NCBI GenBank assembly: GCA_965225945.1
Contig: CBDDBZ010000035.1
Span: forward strand, 160,001-224,000
Length of the DNA: 64,000 nt
Source of the DNA: Alphaproteobacteria bacterium
GTDB lineage: Bacteria; Pseudomonadota; Alphaproteobacteria; GCA-2731375
Reading direction: 5' to 3'
Shown piece by piece: positions 21,726 through 31,355 of this stretch. The position numbers and the translations under genes are program-made. How positions within the stretch are numbered: the stretch's first letter is position 1; each line of letters begins with the position of its first letter. The notes below the pieces were generated by a model that ran no database searches, was not told the DNA's origin, and saw nothing but the letters and a program-made list of their open reading frames with translations.

Positions 21726-22466
21726 TCAGTGCGCCACCAGCAGGCGGCCCATGCCTCGAATCGGTTCCTCGATGCCGGCGGCGCGGGCGGCGCGCCAGAA
21801 CAGCGCCTGGGCGCTCGAGATGACGGGCTTGCCCGTCGCCGCCTCGATCTCGGGAATCGAATCAAGGCTCGGCATGTCGCAACACGACAGCACGACGGCG
21901 TCCACGTCATCGCCGGCGAGGTGAATTGCGCGGGCCGTCAGGGTCTCCGGCGGGACGCGATACATGTGCCCGAGGTTCATCTGCGCCGCGTCGACGATGA
22001 TGCTGTCGTCGCGCGCCACTTCCACCCCGTTCTCGGCGAAGAACACGGTTTTCTTGGCGCTCAGCGAGGGCGGATAGGGCGTGACCAGGGCGATGCGCCG
22101 CGCGCCGAACGCCGCCAGCGCCGCCATCAGCGCGGCCGCCGCCGTCACCGCCGGGCGGCCGGCCTGCTCGCTCAGCCGGGCCTCGAAGTCCAGCGGGTCG
22201 CCCTTGGCCGAACTGGCGGCGCAGCCATAGGCGATGACGTCGGGCTCGGCCGAGTTCGCCTCCTCCAGCACGCGGGGCAGGTGCTTTTCCATCTCGTCGA
22301 AGGGATTCTCGTGCTTCTCGGCGAAGAAGGGCATGCGCGAGGTATGCACGCTCACGCCCTCGGGCGCCAGGCGCCAGAACTCGATCTCCGCCACCGTGTT
22401 ACTCGACGGCACGACCAGGGCGAGCCGCGCGCGGCGGCCATAAACGCGCATCGGTATATCGCTCAT
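21726..22466 (-). CDS. Maleate cis-trans isomerase / Asp-Glu racemase family protein
   Basis: VVPSSNTVAE, YGCAAS, LVTPY and LSCCDM motifs. Confidence 0.85.
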   Translation of the reverse strand: MSDIPMRVYGRRARLALVVPSSNTVAEIEFWRLAPEGVSVHTSRMPFFAEKHENPFDEMEKHLPRVLEEANSAEPDVIAYGCAASSAKGDPLDFEARLSEQAGRPAVTAAAALMAALAAFGARRIALVTPYPPSLSAKKTVFFAENGVEVARDDSIIVDAAQMNLGHMYRVPPETLTARAIHLAGDDVDAVVLSCCDMPSLDSIPEIEAATGKPVISSAQALFWRAARAAGIEEPIRGMGRLLVAH

Positions 22467-22537
22467 GGCGGCGAGTTTAGATAGTCTCTCCCCCGGCCAC
22501 AAACCGCCATAGTGCATCATCGAGGGGGAGAACCGTC

Positions 22538-23590
22538 ATGCCGACCGTCGCAGCCGAGCGCCTGGAAACCATCGCCGCCAAACTTCTGGAAGCCGCCGGC
22601 GCGCCGGCGGCGGAGGCGGCGATCGTCGCCCGCCATTCGATCGGGGCCAACCTGGCCGGCCACGATTCGCACGGCATCATTCAAATCCCGACCTATATCA
22701 AGCGCATCGAGGTGGGCCACATCGTCCCCGGCGCTTCCATCGACATCCTCCAGGAAACGCCGACCACGACGGTGGTCGACGGCAACTGGGGCTTCGGCTA
22801 CGTGGTTTCGGAATACGCCATGAAGCTGACCATCGAGAAGGCCGCCACGTCCGGCATCGCCGCCACCACGGTGCGCCGCCAGGGCCATGTCGGACGGGTC
22901 GCCGACTATCCGCTGATGGCCGCCGAGGCCGGCATGATCGCCATGATGACCGCCGACAGCGGCCGCTCGCCCAAGCATGTCGCCCCCTTCGGCGGACGTG
23001 AGGCCAGGCTCGGCACCAACCCGATCTGCTTCGCCATGCCCTCCAACCTCGACGGCCCCTTCTTCATCGACATGGCGACCTCGGCGGTGGCGGCCGGCAA
23101 GCTGACCCTGGCCAAGGCGCGGGGCGAGAGCATTCCCGAAGGCTGGCTGGTGGACGCCGAGGGCCGCGCCACCACCGACCCCAACGCCTACGGCAACGGC
23201 GGCGTGCTGCTGCCCTTGGGCGGTAGCGAGGGCCACAAGGGCTACGGCCTCTCGGCCATGGTGGAAATCTTCTCCGGCGTGCTACCCGGTCTCGGCTTCG
23301 GGATCGAGCCCACCGGCCGGCACAACGACGGCTGCTTCATGCTGGCGGTCCAAGTGGCGGCCTTCCGCCCGCTCGACGAATTCAAGCGCGAGATCGCGGA
23401 ATTCGCCGCGTATCTGAAATCGGCCGCGCCGGCGGAGGGCTTCACCGAGATCTTCTATCCGGGCGAGCTCGAACACCGCCGGAGCACAGCCAAGCGGGAG
23501 AGCGGCATCGAGATCGAGGACCAGACCTGGTCCGCCCTCGCCGCCCTCGCCGAGGCGGGCGGCCTGGCGGCGGAGTTGGGCTTCGAATAG
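22538..23590 (+). CDS. Ldh_2 family (malate/L-lactate dehydrogenase-like) oxidoreductase
   Basis: GHDSHG, GTNPI, DMATS and GHKGYGL motifs. Confidence 0.92.
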   Translation: MPTVAAERLETIAAKLLEAAGAPAAEAAIVARHSIGANLAGHDSHGIIQIPTYIKRIEVGHIVPGASIDILQETPTTTVVDGNWGFGYVVSEYAMKLTIEKAATSGIAATTVRRQGHVGRVADYPLMAAEAGMIAMMTADSGRSPKHVAPFGGREARLGTNPICFAMPSNLDGPFFIDMATSAVAAGKLTLAKARGESIPEGWLVDAEGRATTDPNAYGNGGVLLPLGGSEGHKGYGLSAMVEIFSGVLPGLGFGIEPTGRHNDGCFMLAVQVAAFRPLDEFKREIAEFAAYLKSAAPAEGFTEIFYPGELEHRRSTAKRESGIEIEDQTWSALAALAEAGGLAAELGFE

Positions 23591-23633
23591 TTCCCCGTGG
23601 GTTCAGACGGGGGCAGCCCCGGGCGGCGCAAGT

Positions 23634-24107
23634 TCAGGGCGCCGTCGCTTGGCGGGCGATGGCGGCGAAGATCGCGTCCAGCTCCTTGGCCATGGCGTCG
23701 AGATCGGCGCTGGCGTAGGGCTTGAAGACGGCGCTGGGCGTCCGATAGGTCAAGCTCGCGGTGCCGTCGGCGTTCTCGGTCAGGTAGAAGCGAAGCGGTG
23801 CCTCGATCCCCGCGGGCTTGCTCGCCTTCAGCATGCGGACGGCGAAATCGTTGCGGTAGACGCCGAAGACCGCGTTGCCGGCGATCTCGACGCCGCGCCG
23901 CGACGCTCCGAGCGAGGCGCTGGCCCGCCCGACCATTCCCATCTTGTTGTCGCCGACCGCCTTTTCGAGCCGACTCCAGAGTGTCTTGAAGTCATGGCTG
24001 GTGGCGATGACGTTGGTCCCCGGATAGGGATAGCCGTTGTCGGCCCAAGCCGGAAGTGCATTGAGCCAAACGGTGGCGAGGACGATGGCGGCAAGCAGAC
24101 GTGACAT
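23634..24107 (-). CDS. Secreted DUF302 domain protein
   Basis: Signal peptide; GIEAPLRFYLTE...LTYRTPS motif. Confidence 0.75.
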   Translation of the reverse strand: MSRLLAAIVLATVWLNALPAWADNGYPYPGTNVIATSHDFKTLWSRLEKAVGDNKMGMVGRASASLGASRRGVEIAGNAVFGVYRNDFAVRMLKASKPAGIEAPLRFYLTENADGTASLTYRTPSAVFKPYASADLDAMAKELDAIFAAIARQATAP

Positions 24108-24192
24108 GCGTGGGCCCCCTGGATGCATGATGCGATGCATTCTGACAGAAGCCGGGCCGGCGCCACGCCCCCTCACCGAGAATTGACCGCCG

Positions 24193-25260
24193 TCAGGGCG
24201 CGATGTCGGCGGCGTCGAGGCCGACCGCCTGGCCGATCGAAGCGAAGCCGTCGCGGCGCAGCAAGCCGGCGAGCCCCCGATTGATCCGCTCGACCAGGCG
24301 CGGTCCCCGGTAGACCAGCGCGGTGTAGAGTTGCACCAGCGAGGCGCCGGCGCGGATCTTGGCGTAGGCGGTGGCCGGCGATTCGACCCCGCCGACGCCG
24401 ATCAGCGGCAGCCGCCCCTCGGTCAAGCGATGCAAACGGGCCAGCCGTTCGGTCGCGAGTGCGAAGAGGGGCCGGCCGCTGAGGCCGCCGGCCTCCGCGG
24501 CCCGCGGGCTCCACAATCCCTCGCGCAGGCCGATCGTGGTGTTGCCCAGGATCGCGCCGTCGACCCCCTTGGCGAGCAGCACGTCGGCCGCCTCGGCCAA
24601 GGCGTCGTCGTCGAGGTCGGGGGCGAGCTTGACCAGGATCGGCGGGCGCGCCGAGGCCGCCTCGCGCGCCGCCAGCACGCGCTCGAGCAGCTCTTCCAAT
24701 CGCGGGCGGGCCTGCAGGTCGCGAAGGCCGGGCGTATTGGGGCTGGAGACGTTGATCGCCAGATAGTCGGCGAGCGGCGCCATCCGCGCGACGCCCTGGA
24801 CATAGTCGGAGATCGGATCGCCCGAGTCCTTGTTGGCGCCGACGTTGACGCCGATCGGTCCGGCGCGGGCGCCGAGTTGCGCCAGACGAGCGGCGCCCGC
24901 CTCCAGTCCCTCGTTGTTGAAGCCGAGGAGGTTGATCAGCGCCGCGTCGGGAATCAGCCGAAACAGCCGGGGCGTTGGGTTCCCCGGCTGTGCCAGCGGC
25001 GTCAGGGTGCCGACCTCGACGAAGCCGAAGCCGAGGCGCAACGACGGCCCGGCCACCTCGGCGTTCTTGTCGGCGCCGGCGGCGAGACCGACCGGCGAGG
25101 CGAAGTCGAGGCCCCATAGCGTCTGTCGCAGCAGGGGATCGGCCGGCCCGGCCGCGGACCGCACCAAGCCCCGGCGGAGCGTCCAGAGGCCGAGTCGATG
25201 CGCCCGCTCCGCCTCCAGGCGGTGCAGCAGCGGGCGGGCGAGGGAGAAGAAGTCGAGCAT
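24193..25260 (-). CDS. pyrD: Quinone-dependent dihydroorotate dehydrogenase (class 2)
   Basis: GLAAGADK, GNPTPRLFRL, NVSSPNTPGLR and GGLSG motifs. Confidence 0.95.
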   Translation of the reverse strand: MLDFFSLARPLLHRLEAERAHRLGLWTLRRGLVRSAAGPADPLLRQTLWGLDFASPVGLAAGADKNAEVAGPSLRLGFGFVEVGTLTPLAQPGNPTPRLFRLIPDAALINLLGFNNEGLEAGAARLAQLGARAGPIGVNVGANKDSGDPISDYVQGVARMAPLADYLAINVSSPNTPGLRDLQARPRLEELLERVLAAREAASARPPILVKLAPDLDDDALAEAADVLLAKGVDGAILGNTTIGLREGLWSPRAAEAGGLSGRPLFALATERLARLHRLTEGRLPLIGVGGVESPATAYAKIRAGASLVQLYTALVYRGPRLVERINRGLAGLLRRDGFASIGQAVGLDAADIAP

Positions 25261-25415
25261 CGGCACTCAGCTGCACGTGGGCTTCCCCGGTGCTGTAGCC
25301 GATGGGGCGCGTGGGTACCAGCCGGGATCGTCTTCGGGAAAATCGCCCGGTGGCACCGCGTGGGCGGCGGGTATATGTTCGGCGCCCCGAATTGCCCAGT
25401 TGGAGGGAGGCGGCG

Positions 25416-26261
25416 ATGGCCGGTGTTTTCCATCACGATGGCGTTTGGCTCGACGAGGCGCCGATGATCCTCTCTCCGATGGATCAGGCGGCGTGGCTTT
25501 CCTCCATCGTCTTCGACGGCGCGCGGGCCTTCGGCGGGCTCGCGCCGGATCTCGACCAGCACTGCGAGCGGCTGATCAACTCGGCCCGCGCGTTGCTGCT
25601 GGAGCCCAAGATCGATTCGCGTGAGATCGAGGCGCTCTGCGTCGAGGGCATCCGCAAGATGCCGCGCGACTCGGAGCTCTACGTGCGGCCGATGATGTAC
25701 GCGACCGGCGGCTTCCTGGTCCCGGACCCGGAGACCACGACCTTCAGCCTCGCGATCTACGAATCACCGCTGCCCGAGTTCACCGGGATCTCCGTCTGCC
25801 TTTCGAGCCTGCGCCGGCCGGCCCGCGACATGGCGCCGACCGACGCCAAGGCCTCTTGCCTCTATCCCAACTCGTCGCGCGCGCTGAAGGAAGCGGAGCA
25901 GCGCGGCTTCGACAACTGCATCATGCTGGACCCGAACGGCAACGTCGCCGAGCTGGCGAGCGCCAACGTCTGGATCGTCAAGGACGGCGTGGCGCTTACC
26001 CCGTTCCCGAACGGCACCTTCCTCGACGGCGTCACCCGCGGGCGGGTAGCCCAACTGCTGGCCGACGACGGCGTCGAGGTTCGCGAGCAGACCCTCACCT
26101 TCGCCGACGTGATGGCCGCCGACGAAGTGTTCCTTACGGGCAACTACGCCAAGGTCATGCCGATCACCCGGGTCGAGGACCGCGACCTGCAGCGCGGCCC
26201 CGTGACCCAGCGCGCCCGCGACCTCTATTGGGATTACGCGGAGACCACGTCGGTGTTTTGA
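25416..26261 (+). CDS. Branched-chain amino acid aminotransferase (class IV PLP)
   Basis: [17 protein letters not shown] and FLDGVTR motifs. Confidence 0.9.
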   Translation: MAGVFHHDGVWLDEAPMILSPMDQAAWLSSIVFDGARAFGGLAPDLDQHCERLINSARALLLEPKIDSREIEALCVEGIRKMPRDSELYVRPMMYATGGFLVPDPETTTFSLAIYESPLPEFTGISVCLSSLRRPARDMAPTDAKASCLYPNSSRALKEAEQRGFDNCIMLDPNGNVAELASANVWIVKDGVALTPFPNGTFLDGVTRGRVAQLLADDGVEVREQTLTFADVMAADEVFLTGNYAKVMPITRVEDRDLQRGPVTQRARDLYWDYAETTSVF

Positions 26262-27865
26262 TCGGCTTTCGCCGCTGGCTCCGAGAGATCCTCGTCCGCG
26301 AGCGCGCGGCGGATCAACGCCGCCGTTTCCTCGACGCCATAGAGTGCCACGAAGGAGCCCATGCGCGGCCCCTGGCTCTGCCCCAGCAGCACTTCGTAAA
26401 GGGCGCGGAACCAGTCGCGCAGATTGTCGAAGGGGTGGCGCTTGCCGATCTCGTAGATCTGGTTCTGGATCTCCTCCGCCCCCGCCTCCGCTCCCGCCGC
26501 CTCCAGCCAGGCCAGAAGCTCTTCCAGGCCTGAGCGCTCGTGCGCCTCGGCGGCCCGGTAGCGCTTCGCCGGCTTGACGAAATCCTGATAGTAGGCGACC
26601 GCGTGCCCCGCCAGTCGCTCGAGGAGCGGCTCGCTCGAAGCCGTCGCTTGCGGCAGGTAGCGGCGGATGAAGCCCCAGAGCACCGCCTTGTCCTCGGCGT
26701 TGGCGGCGGCGGCGAGGTTCATCAGCAGCGCGAAGGAGATCGGCGGCGGCTTCACCTCGGCGAGGCCGCCGTGGATGTGCCAGGCCGGATTGTCGAGCCG
26801 CGCCGCCGGATCCTGGCCCGCCAGCTTCCCGAGCTGTGTCAGGTAGTCGTCGACGGCGCGCGGGATGACGTCGAAATAGAGCCGCTTGGCCCGCCTGGGC
26901 GACTGGTACATGTAGAGCGACAGGCTTTCCGGCTGGCCGTAGCGCAGCCACTCGTCGATGGTGAGACCGTTGCCGCGCGACTTGGAGATCTTCTCGGCGT
27001 TCTCGTCGAGGAACAGCTCGTAGGTGAAACCCTCGGGCGGGCGGGCGCCGAGGATCGAGCAGATCCGGCTCGAGTGGCGCACCGAATCGATCAGATCCTT
27101 GCCCGACATCTCATAATCGACGCCGAGGGCGTACCAGCGCATCGCCCAGTCCGGCTTCCACTGCAGCTTGCAGGCACCGCCGGTCACCGCCACCTCGACC
27201 AGCCGCGCGTCCTCGTCGCGGTAGGTTACCGTGCCGGCATCGACGTCGCGCGCGACGATTGCCACCTGCAGCACCCGCCCCGTGGTCGGGCAGACGGGGA
27301 GGAAGGGGCTGTACGTCGCCTGGCGCTCCTCGCCGAGGGTCGGCAGCATCACCGCCATCACCTCGTCGTAGCATTCGAGCATGCGCCGGAGCGCGGAATC
27401 GAAGCGCCCCTCGCGGTAGTATTCAAAGGCGCTGGCGAACTCGTACTCAAAGCCGAAGCCGTCCAGAAAGGCGCGGAACCGGGCGTTGTTGTGATGGCCG
27501 AAGCTCTCGTGGGTGCCGAAGGGATCGGGCACGCGGGCCAGCGGCTCGCCGAGGTGCGCCTCGAGCATCTCCCGGTTGGGCACGTTCCCGGGCACGCTCC
27601 TGAGCCCGTCCATGTCGTCGGAGAAGGCGATCAGGCGGGTCGGCAGATCGGAAATCTGGTGGAAGGCGTGGCGCACCATGGTGGTCCGCGCCACCTCGCC
27701 GAAGGTGCCGATATGCGGCAGGCCGGAAGGGCCGTAGCCGGTCTCGAAGATCACCCGCCCGCCCGCCGGCTCGGCCCCGTCCAGCCGCTCCAGCAGCTTG
27801 CGGGCTTCCTGAAACGGCCACGCCTTGCTCGCCAGGGCCGCCTCGCGCGCCTCGTCCCCGCCCAC
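26234..27865 (-). CDS. lysS: Class I lysyl-tRNA synthetase
   Basis: [14 protein letters not shown] (HIGH-like), KISKSRGN (KMSKS-like) and GPRMGSF motifs. Confidence 0.96.
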   Translation of the reverse strand: MGGDEAREAALASKAWPFQEARKLLERLDGAEPAGGRVIFETGYGPSGLPHIGTFGEVARTTMVRHAFHQISDLPTRLIAFSDDMDGLRSVPGNVPNREMLEAHLGEPLARVPDPFGTHESFGHHNNARFRAFLDGFGFEYEFASAFEYYREGRFDSALRRMLECYDEVMAVMLPTLGEERQATYSPFLPVCPTTGRVLQVAIVARDVDAGTVTYRDEDARLVEVAVTGGACKLQWKPDWAMRWYALGVDYEMSGKDLIDSVRHSSRICSILGARPPEGFTYELFLDENAEKISKSRGNGLTIDEWLRYGQPESLSLYMYQSPRRAKRLYFDVIPRAVDDYLTQLGKLAGQDPAARLDNPAWHIHGGLAEVKPPPISFALLMNLAAAANAEDKAVLWGFIRRYLPQATASSEPLLERLAGHAVAYYQDFVKPAKRYRAAEAHERSGLEELLAWLEAAGAEAGAEEIQNQIYEIGKRHPFDNLRDWFRALYEVLLGQSQGPRMGSFVALYGVEETAALIRRALADEDLSEPAAKADQNTDVVSA

Positions 27866-27986
27866 GGTTCCACTCCCGGCTTCGAAATCGCCGGCACCAT
27901 AGCGAAACCCCGAGCGCGGTCAACGCCTTCGCCGATGGCGCGCCCGACCGGGAAGCGTCGTGGTAGCGCCCCGGCTCTATTCGACT

Positions 27987-28309
27987 CTATTCGACGCCCT
28001 CGACGATTCTAAGATCCCTGACGGCGCCGTCGCCCAGCGCCTCGACGGCGGCTTGGTATTCCGGGCTTCGATAGGCGCCGAGCGCTTCCTCGAAGCTCGG
28101 AAACTCCAACACCACGGTGCGTTCGGCGAGGCCGTCCTCGAAGGCTTCCACCCGGCCGTCGCGGACCAGGATCCGTGCCCCCCTGGGAAGCATCGCGCGC
28201 GGCGCCAGTTCGGCATAGGTCTTTAGTTTTTCAGGGTCTCGGACCTCCCGATAGCAGACCAGCTCAGGTAGTTGTCCAGATAGCGGGTGGCCAGATACCC
28301 CTTCGCCAT
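27987..28309 (-). pseudogene. DUF1330 family protein, frameshifted by a short insertion near the 5' end
   Basis: MAKGY start at 28309; RTVVLEFPSFEEA...YRSPEYQ motif lies in another frame. Confidence 0.7.
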
Positions 28310-28443
28310 CGTCGTTCGCTCCCTTCTCGGTCGGAATTCACCAACCGCCGGCTCTCGAAAAACCGGTGCCGACGAGGTTCCCGTGGATACACGACCGTCG
28401 GTTCATCGCCGGACCGTCCCGCCGCCGCCCGGCGGTTTCGGGC

Positions 28444-29157
28444 TCAGATATGGCGCGTCAGACCGCCGTCGACGCGCAGGCTCTGGCCGGTGATGTAGCC
28501 GGCGTCGTCGGACAGCAGGAAGGCGATGGTCTTGGCCATTTCCTCGACCCTGCCGATCCGCTTCATGGGCACGCGCGCCGCCGTCTCCGCCGTTTGGTTC
28601 AGGCTGTCGATGAAGCCCGGCAGCACGTTGTTGATGCGGATGTTGTCGGCGGCGTGGCGATCGGCATAGAGCTTGGCGAAGCTCGCGAGCCCGGCGCGAA
28701 GCGCCGAGGAGACCGGATAGGTCAGGCTCGGCTCGAAGGAAGAGAAGGTGGTCACGTTGACGATGGCGCCCTTGCCCTGCTCGAGCATGATCGGCGTGAC
28801 CCGGCGCAGCATGCGGACCACATTCAGGATGATGAGATCCAGGCCGTGGTGCCACTCGGCGTCGGAAATTTCCAGTAATTCGCCCTTGGGCGGACCGCCG
28901 GTGTGGTTGACCACGGCATCGATCCGGCCATGCGCCGCCATCGCGGCCTCGACCAGGCGGGCGATGTCGGCGTCGTTCTGGCTCGCACCCGTGACCGCGA
29001 CGGCGCCTTCGCCGAGCTCCGCCGCCAGGGCCTCGGCGCTGCCCGAGGGCGACATCAGCGCCAAGCGATAGCCGCGGACGTGCAGTTCGCGCGCCGCGGC
29101 GGCGCCGATCCCGCGGCCGCCGCCGGTGACGACGGCGACCGGCGTCTCGGCGCTCAC
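28444..29157 (-). CDS. SDR family oxidoreductase
   Basis: TGGGRGIG and YITGQSLRVDGG motifs; GTG start overlaps the cupin stop. Confidence 0.9.
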   Translation of the reverse strand: MSAETPVAVVTGGGRGIGAAAARELHVRGYRLALMSPSGSAEALAAELGEGAVAVTGASQNDADIARLVEAAMAAHGRIDAVVNHTGGPPKGELLEISDAEWHHGLDLIILNVVRMLRRVTPIMLEQGKGAIVNVTTFSSFEPSLTYPVSSALRAGLASFAKLYADRHAADNIRINNVLPGFIDSLNQTAETAARVPMKRIGRVEEMAKTIAFLLSDDAGYITGQSLRVDGGLTRHI

Positions 29158-29498
29158 GACGTCGCCCCGCCACCGACGGGCACGTAATCGTAAGTCCCGA
29201 CGCCTTGGACGATGACGAAGCGGCAGCGCCCGCCGTCCCGCCCCGTCACCCGGTGGGCCGTCTTGGGCGGCACCGCGCAACTCTCGCCCACCGCCATCAG
29301 GTGGTGCGCGCTCGGCGCGCGCGTCTCCACCGAGAGCGTGCCCTCCAGACAGAAGAAGGTGTCGGTGATCTCGGAGTGGTAGTGCCAGGGGACCTCCTGG
29401 CCCTCGGCGAGGGTGAAGGTCTTGACCGTCAGCTCGTCCGTTCCGGCGATCAGCGTGCGCTCCTCGACCGTGTAGTCGTGACCGTATCCCGTGGCCAT
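29154..29498 (-). CDS. Cupin_2 domain protein
   Basis: PWHYH...FFCLEG and VPPKTAHRV cupin motifs. Confidence 0.85.
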   Translation of the reverse strand: MATGYGHDYTVEERTLIAGTDELTVKTFTLAEGQEVPWHYHSEITDTFFCLEGTLSVETRAPSAHHLMAVGESCAVPPKTAHRVTGRDGGRCRFVIVQGVGTYDYVPVGGGATS

Positions 29499-29575
29499 CG
29501 TCGTCTCCCTCGGTGTCGATCGGGCGCGAGTCTAGGCCAATATCCGCCCGCGCGAAATCGCCGACCGCGCCGCCG

Positions 29576-29869
29576 TCACGGGAATGAATACGGGCTCACC
29601 CGAATTTCCGCTTCCCGCCGGCGCATGTGCCAGGCGTCGTGGCGGACCTGCATGCGCAGCAGCGTCTCCATCTTGATGCCGAAGGCCTTTTCCATGCGGA
29701 GCGCCATCTCCGGCGAGAGCGAGGCCTTCTCGTTCAGCAGATTGGAAAGCGCCCGCCGACCGACACCGAGGACCCCGGCGGCGGCGGTGACGGTCAGATC
29801 GTCCGGCAAGACCGAGCGCCGAATGAACCCGCCCGGATGCACGGGCGCCATGCCTATCGTAATCGCCAT
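29576..29869 (-). CDS. HigA-family antitoxin (XRE HTH)
   Basis: HPGGFI...LSNLLNEKASLSPEMALRMEKAFG motif. Confidence 0.9.
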   Translation of the reverse strand: MAITIGMAPVHPGGFIRRSVLPDDLTVTAAAGVLGVGRRALSNLLNEKASLSPEMALRMEKAFGIKMETLLRMQVRHDAWHMRRREAEIRVSPYSFP

Positions 29870-29959
29870 TTTTCCCGCTCCCGGCTCTCACTGATAGTCC
29901 TCGTACTCGACAGCATGGCACATCTTGCAGTACACTGTACCCCATGAGGTGCATGCTGA

Positions 29960-30304
29960 GTGGCCCTGAAGAAACTTCCTGCCGCGTTCTATGCCACCGC
30001 CCGCGCAAATGAACCGGTCAGAGAATGGTTGAAGGCCTTTGACGTTGAAGACCGGCGGAGAATTGGTCTGGATATCGCCACCGCGGAATTCGGCTGGCCC
30101 GTCGGCATGCCGCTGTGCCGCCCGCTTGGCCAGGGGCTTTTCGAGATTCGCTCTCATATCTCGGGTCCCCGGATCGCCCGCGTAATATTCACGGTGGCGA
30201 GCGAGCGGATGGTGCTGCTGCACGGCTTCGTGAAAAAGACCCGGAAGACGCCCAAGGCGGATTTCGACCTGGCCGTCAAACGTTCGAGGGAGATTGCGTC
30301 ATGA
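29960..30304 (+). CDS. RelE/ParE-superfamily (Gp49-like) toxin
   Basis: NEPVREWL, GWPVGMP and LLHGFVKKTRKTP motifs. Confidence 0.9.
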   Translation: MALKKLPAAFYATARANEPVREWLKAFDVEDRRRIGLDIATAEFGWPVGMPLCRPLGQGLFEIRSHISGPRIARVIFTVASERMVLLHGFVKKTRKTPKADFDLAVKRSREIAS

Positions 30305-30588
30305 CGACGGAAAAGGGGCGCATCGGCTCGTCCTTCGAGAGTTTTCTGAGAGAGCAAGGAACCTACCAGGAAACCACGGCGATCGCGGTCAAGCGCGTGC
30401 TCGCCTGGGAACTGGAACAGGCCATGGCAAGTGCGTCTCTCAGCAAGCGCCAGATGGCCAAGGCGATGAACACCAGCCGAAGCCAGCTCGATCGCATTTT
30501 GGATCCCGACAACGATCGCATCCAGCTCGATACCATCATCAAGGCGGCGCGGGTGCTGGGGCGCGAGCTGCGGATCGAGCTGATATGA
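30301..30588 (+). CDS. XRE-type HTH antitoxin
   Basis: IGSSFESFL...MNTSRSQLDRILDP; ATGA overlap with the toxin. Confidence 0.88.
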   Translation: MTTEKGRIGSSFESFLREQGTYQETTAIAVKRVLAWELEQAMASASLSKRQMAKAMNTSRSQLDRILDPDNDRIQLDTIIKAARVLGRELRIELI

Positions 30589-30691
30589 CGATCGGAAAGG
30601 CCGTGACTTTTTGGCCCCCCACCACTTCGACAGCGTCGCGGTGGCGGCCTATACTTCGGCCTCGAAGTCGTAGCGTCGAGACGTGTTCGCC

Positions 30692-31216
30692 ATGGCCAAG
30701 GCTCGTTTTCCATCTCGCCGAGTTGGTTTTCCCAGTTTGATCGCCGTCGCGCTGGCGGCGATGGTTTCGTCCGCCCGGGCGGGCGAGGTGAGCGGTGCCG
30801 CCATAGTGGTCGACGGCGATACGCTCGCCATTGCGGGCCAGCGCTTCGACCTCTTGGGCATCGACGCGCCGGAATTGCCGCAGCTCTGCGAGGCCGACGG
30901 CAAGCGCTGGGCCTGCGGCGAGGACGCGACCATGGTGCTGCGCCGCATCATCGCCGGCCGCGAGGTCACTTGCGCCGCCCACGGCGAGGGTGAGCGGGGT
31001 GCTGTGCTCGCCGTCTGTCGCATCGGTTTCGAGGGCTTGAACCGCGAGATGGTGCGCGCCGGCATGGCGCTCAATCCACCGAGGGGACCCGCGCTCTACG
31101 TCCGCGAGGAGGCGGCGGCCAAGGCCTATCCGCGCGGGCTCTGGGCGAGCCGCTTCGTCACGCCCTGGGCGTGGCGGGCCGGCGCGCGCCTCGATCCGCC
31201 GCCGGGCGGTGGGTGA
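30692..31216 (+). CDS. Secreted thermonuclease (SNase-like) family protein, possibly inactive
   Basis: VVDGDTL, LGIDAPE and GLW motifs; signal peptide. Confidence 0.82.
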   Translation: MAKARFPSRRVGFPSLIAVALAAMVSSARAGEVSGAAIVVDGDTLAIAGQRFDLLGIDAPELPQLCEADGKRWACGEDATMVLRRIIAGREVTCAAHGEGERGAVLAVCRIGFEGLNREMVRAGMALNPPRGPALYVREEAAAKAYPRGLWASRFVTPWAWRAGARLDPPPGGG

Positions 31217-31243
31217 TGGTGCCCTGTGGCTGCCCCCGGCGGC

Positions 31244-31272
31244 TTGACATCGACCCGTCGGTCGAATGCTAT
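31244..31272 (+). promoter_or_regulatory. Sigma70-like promoter for the lipoprotein-DUF350-spermidine synthase genes
   Basis: TTGACA-N17-TGCTAT. Confidence 0.55.
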
Positions 31273-31355
31273 GGCCCCGGCGTGAAGGGCCGCGCGCCAC
31301 TCCGGATTCGCGATGGCGTCCCGGCGATTATGGCCGACGGCGGACGGGAGCGCCG

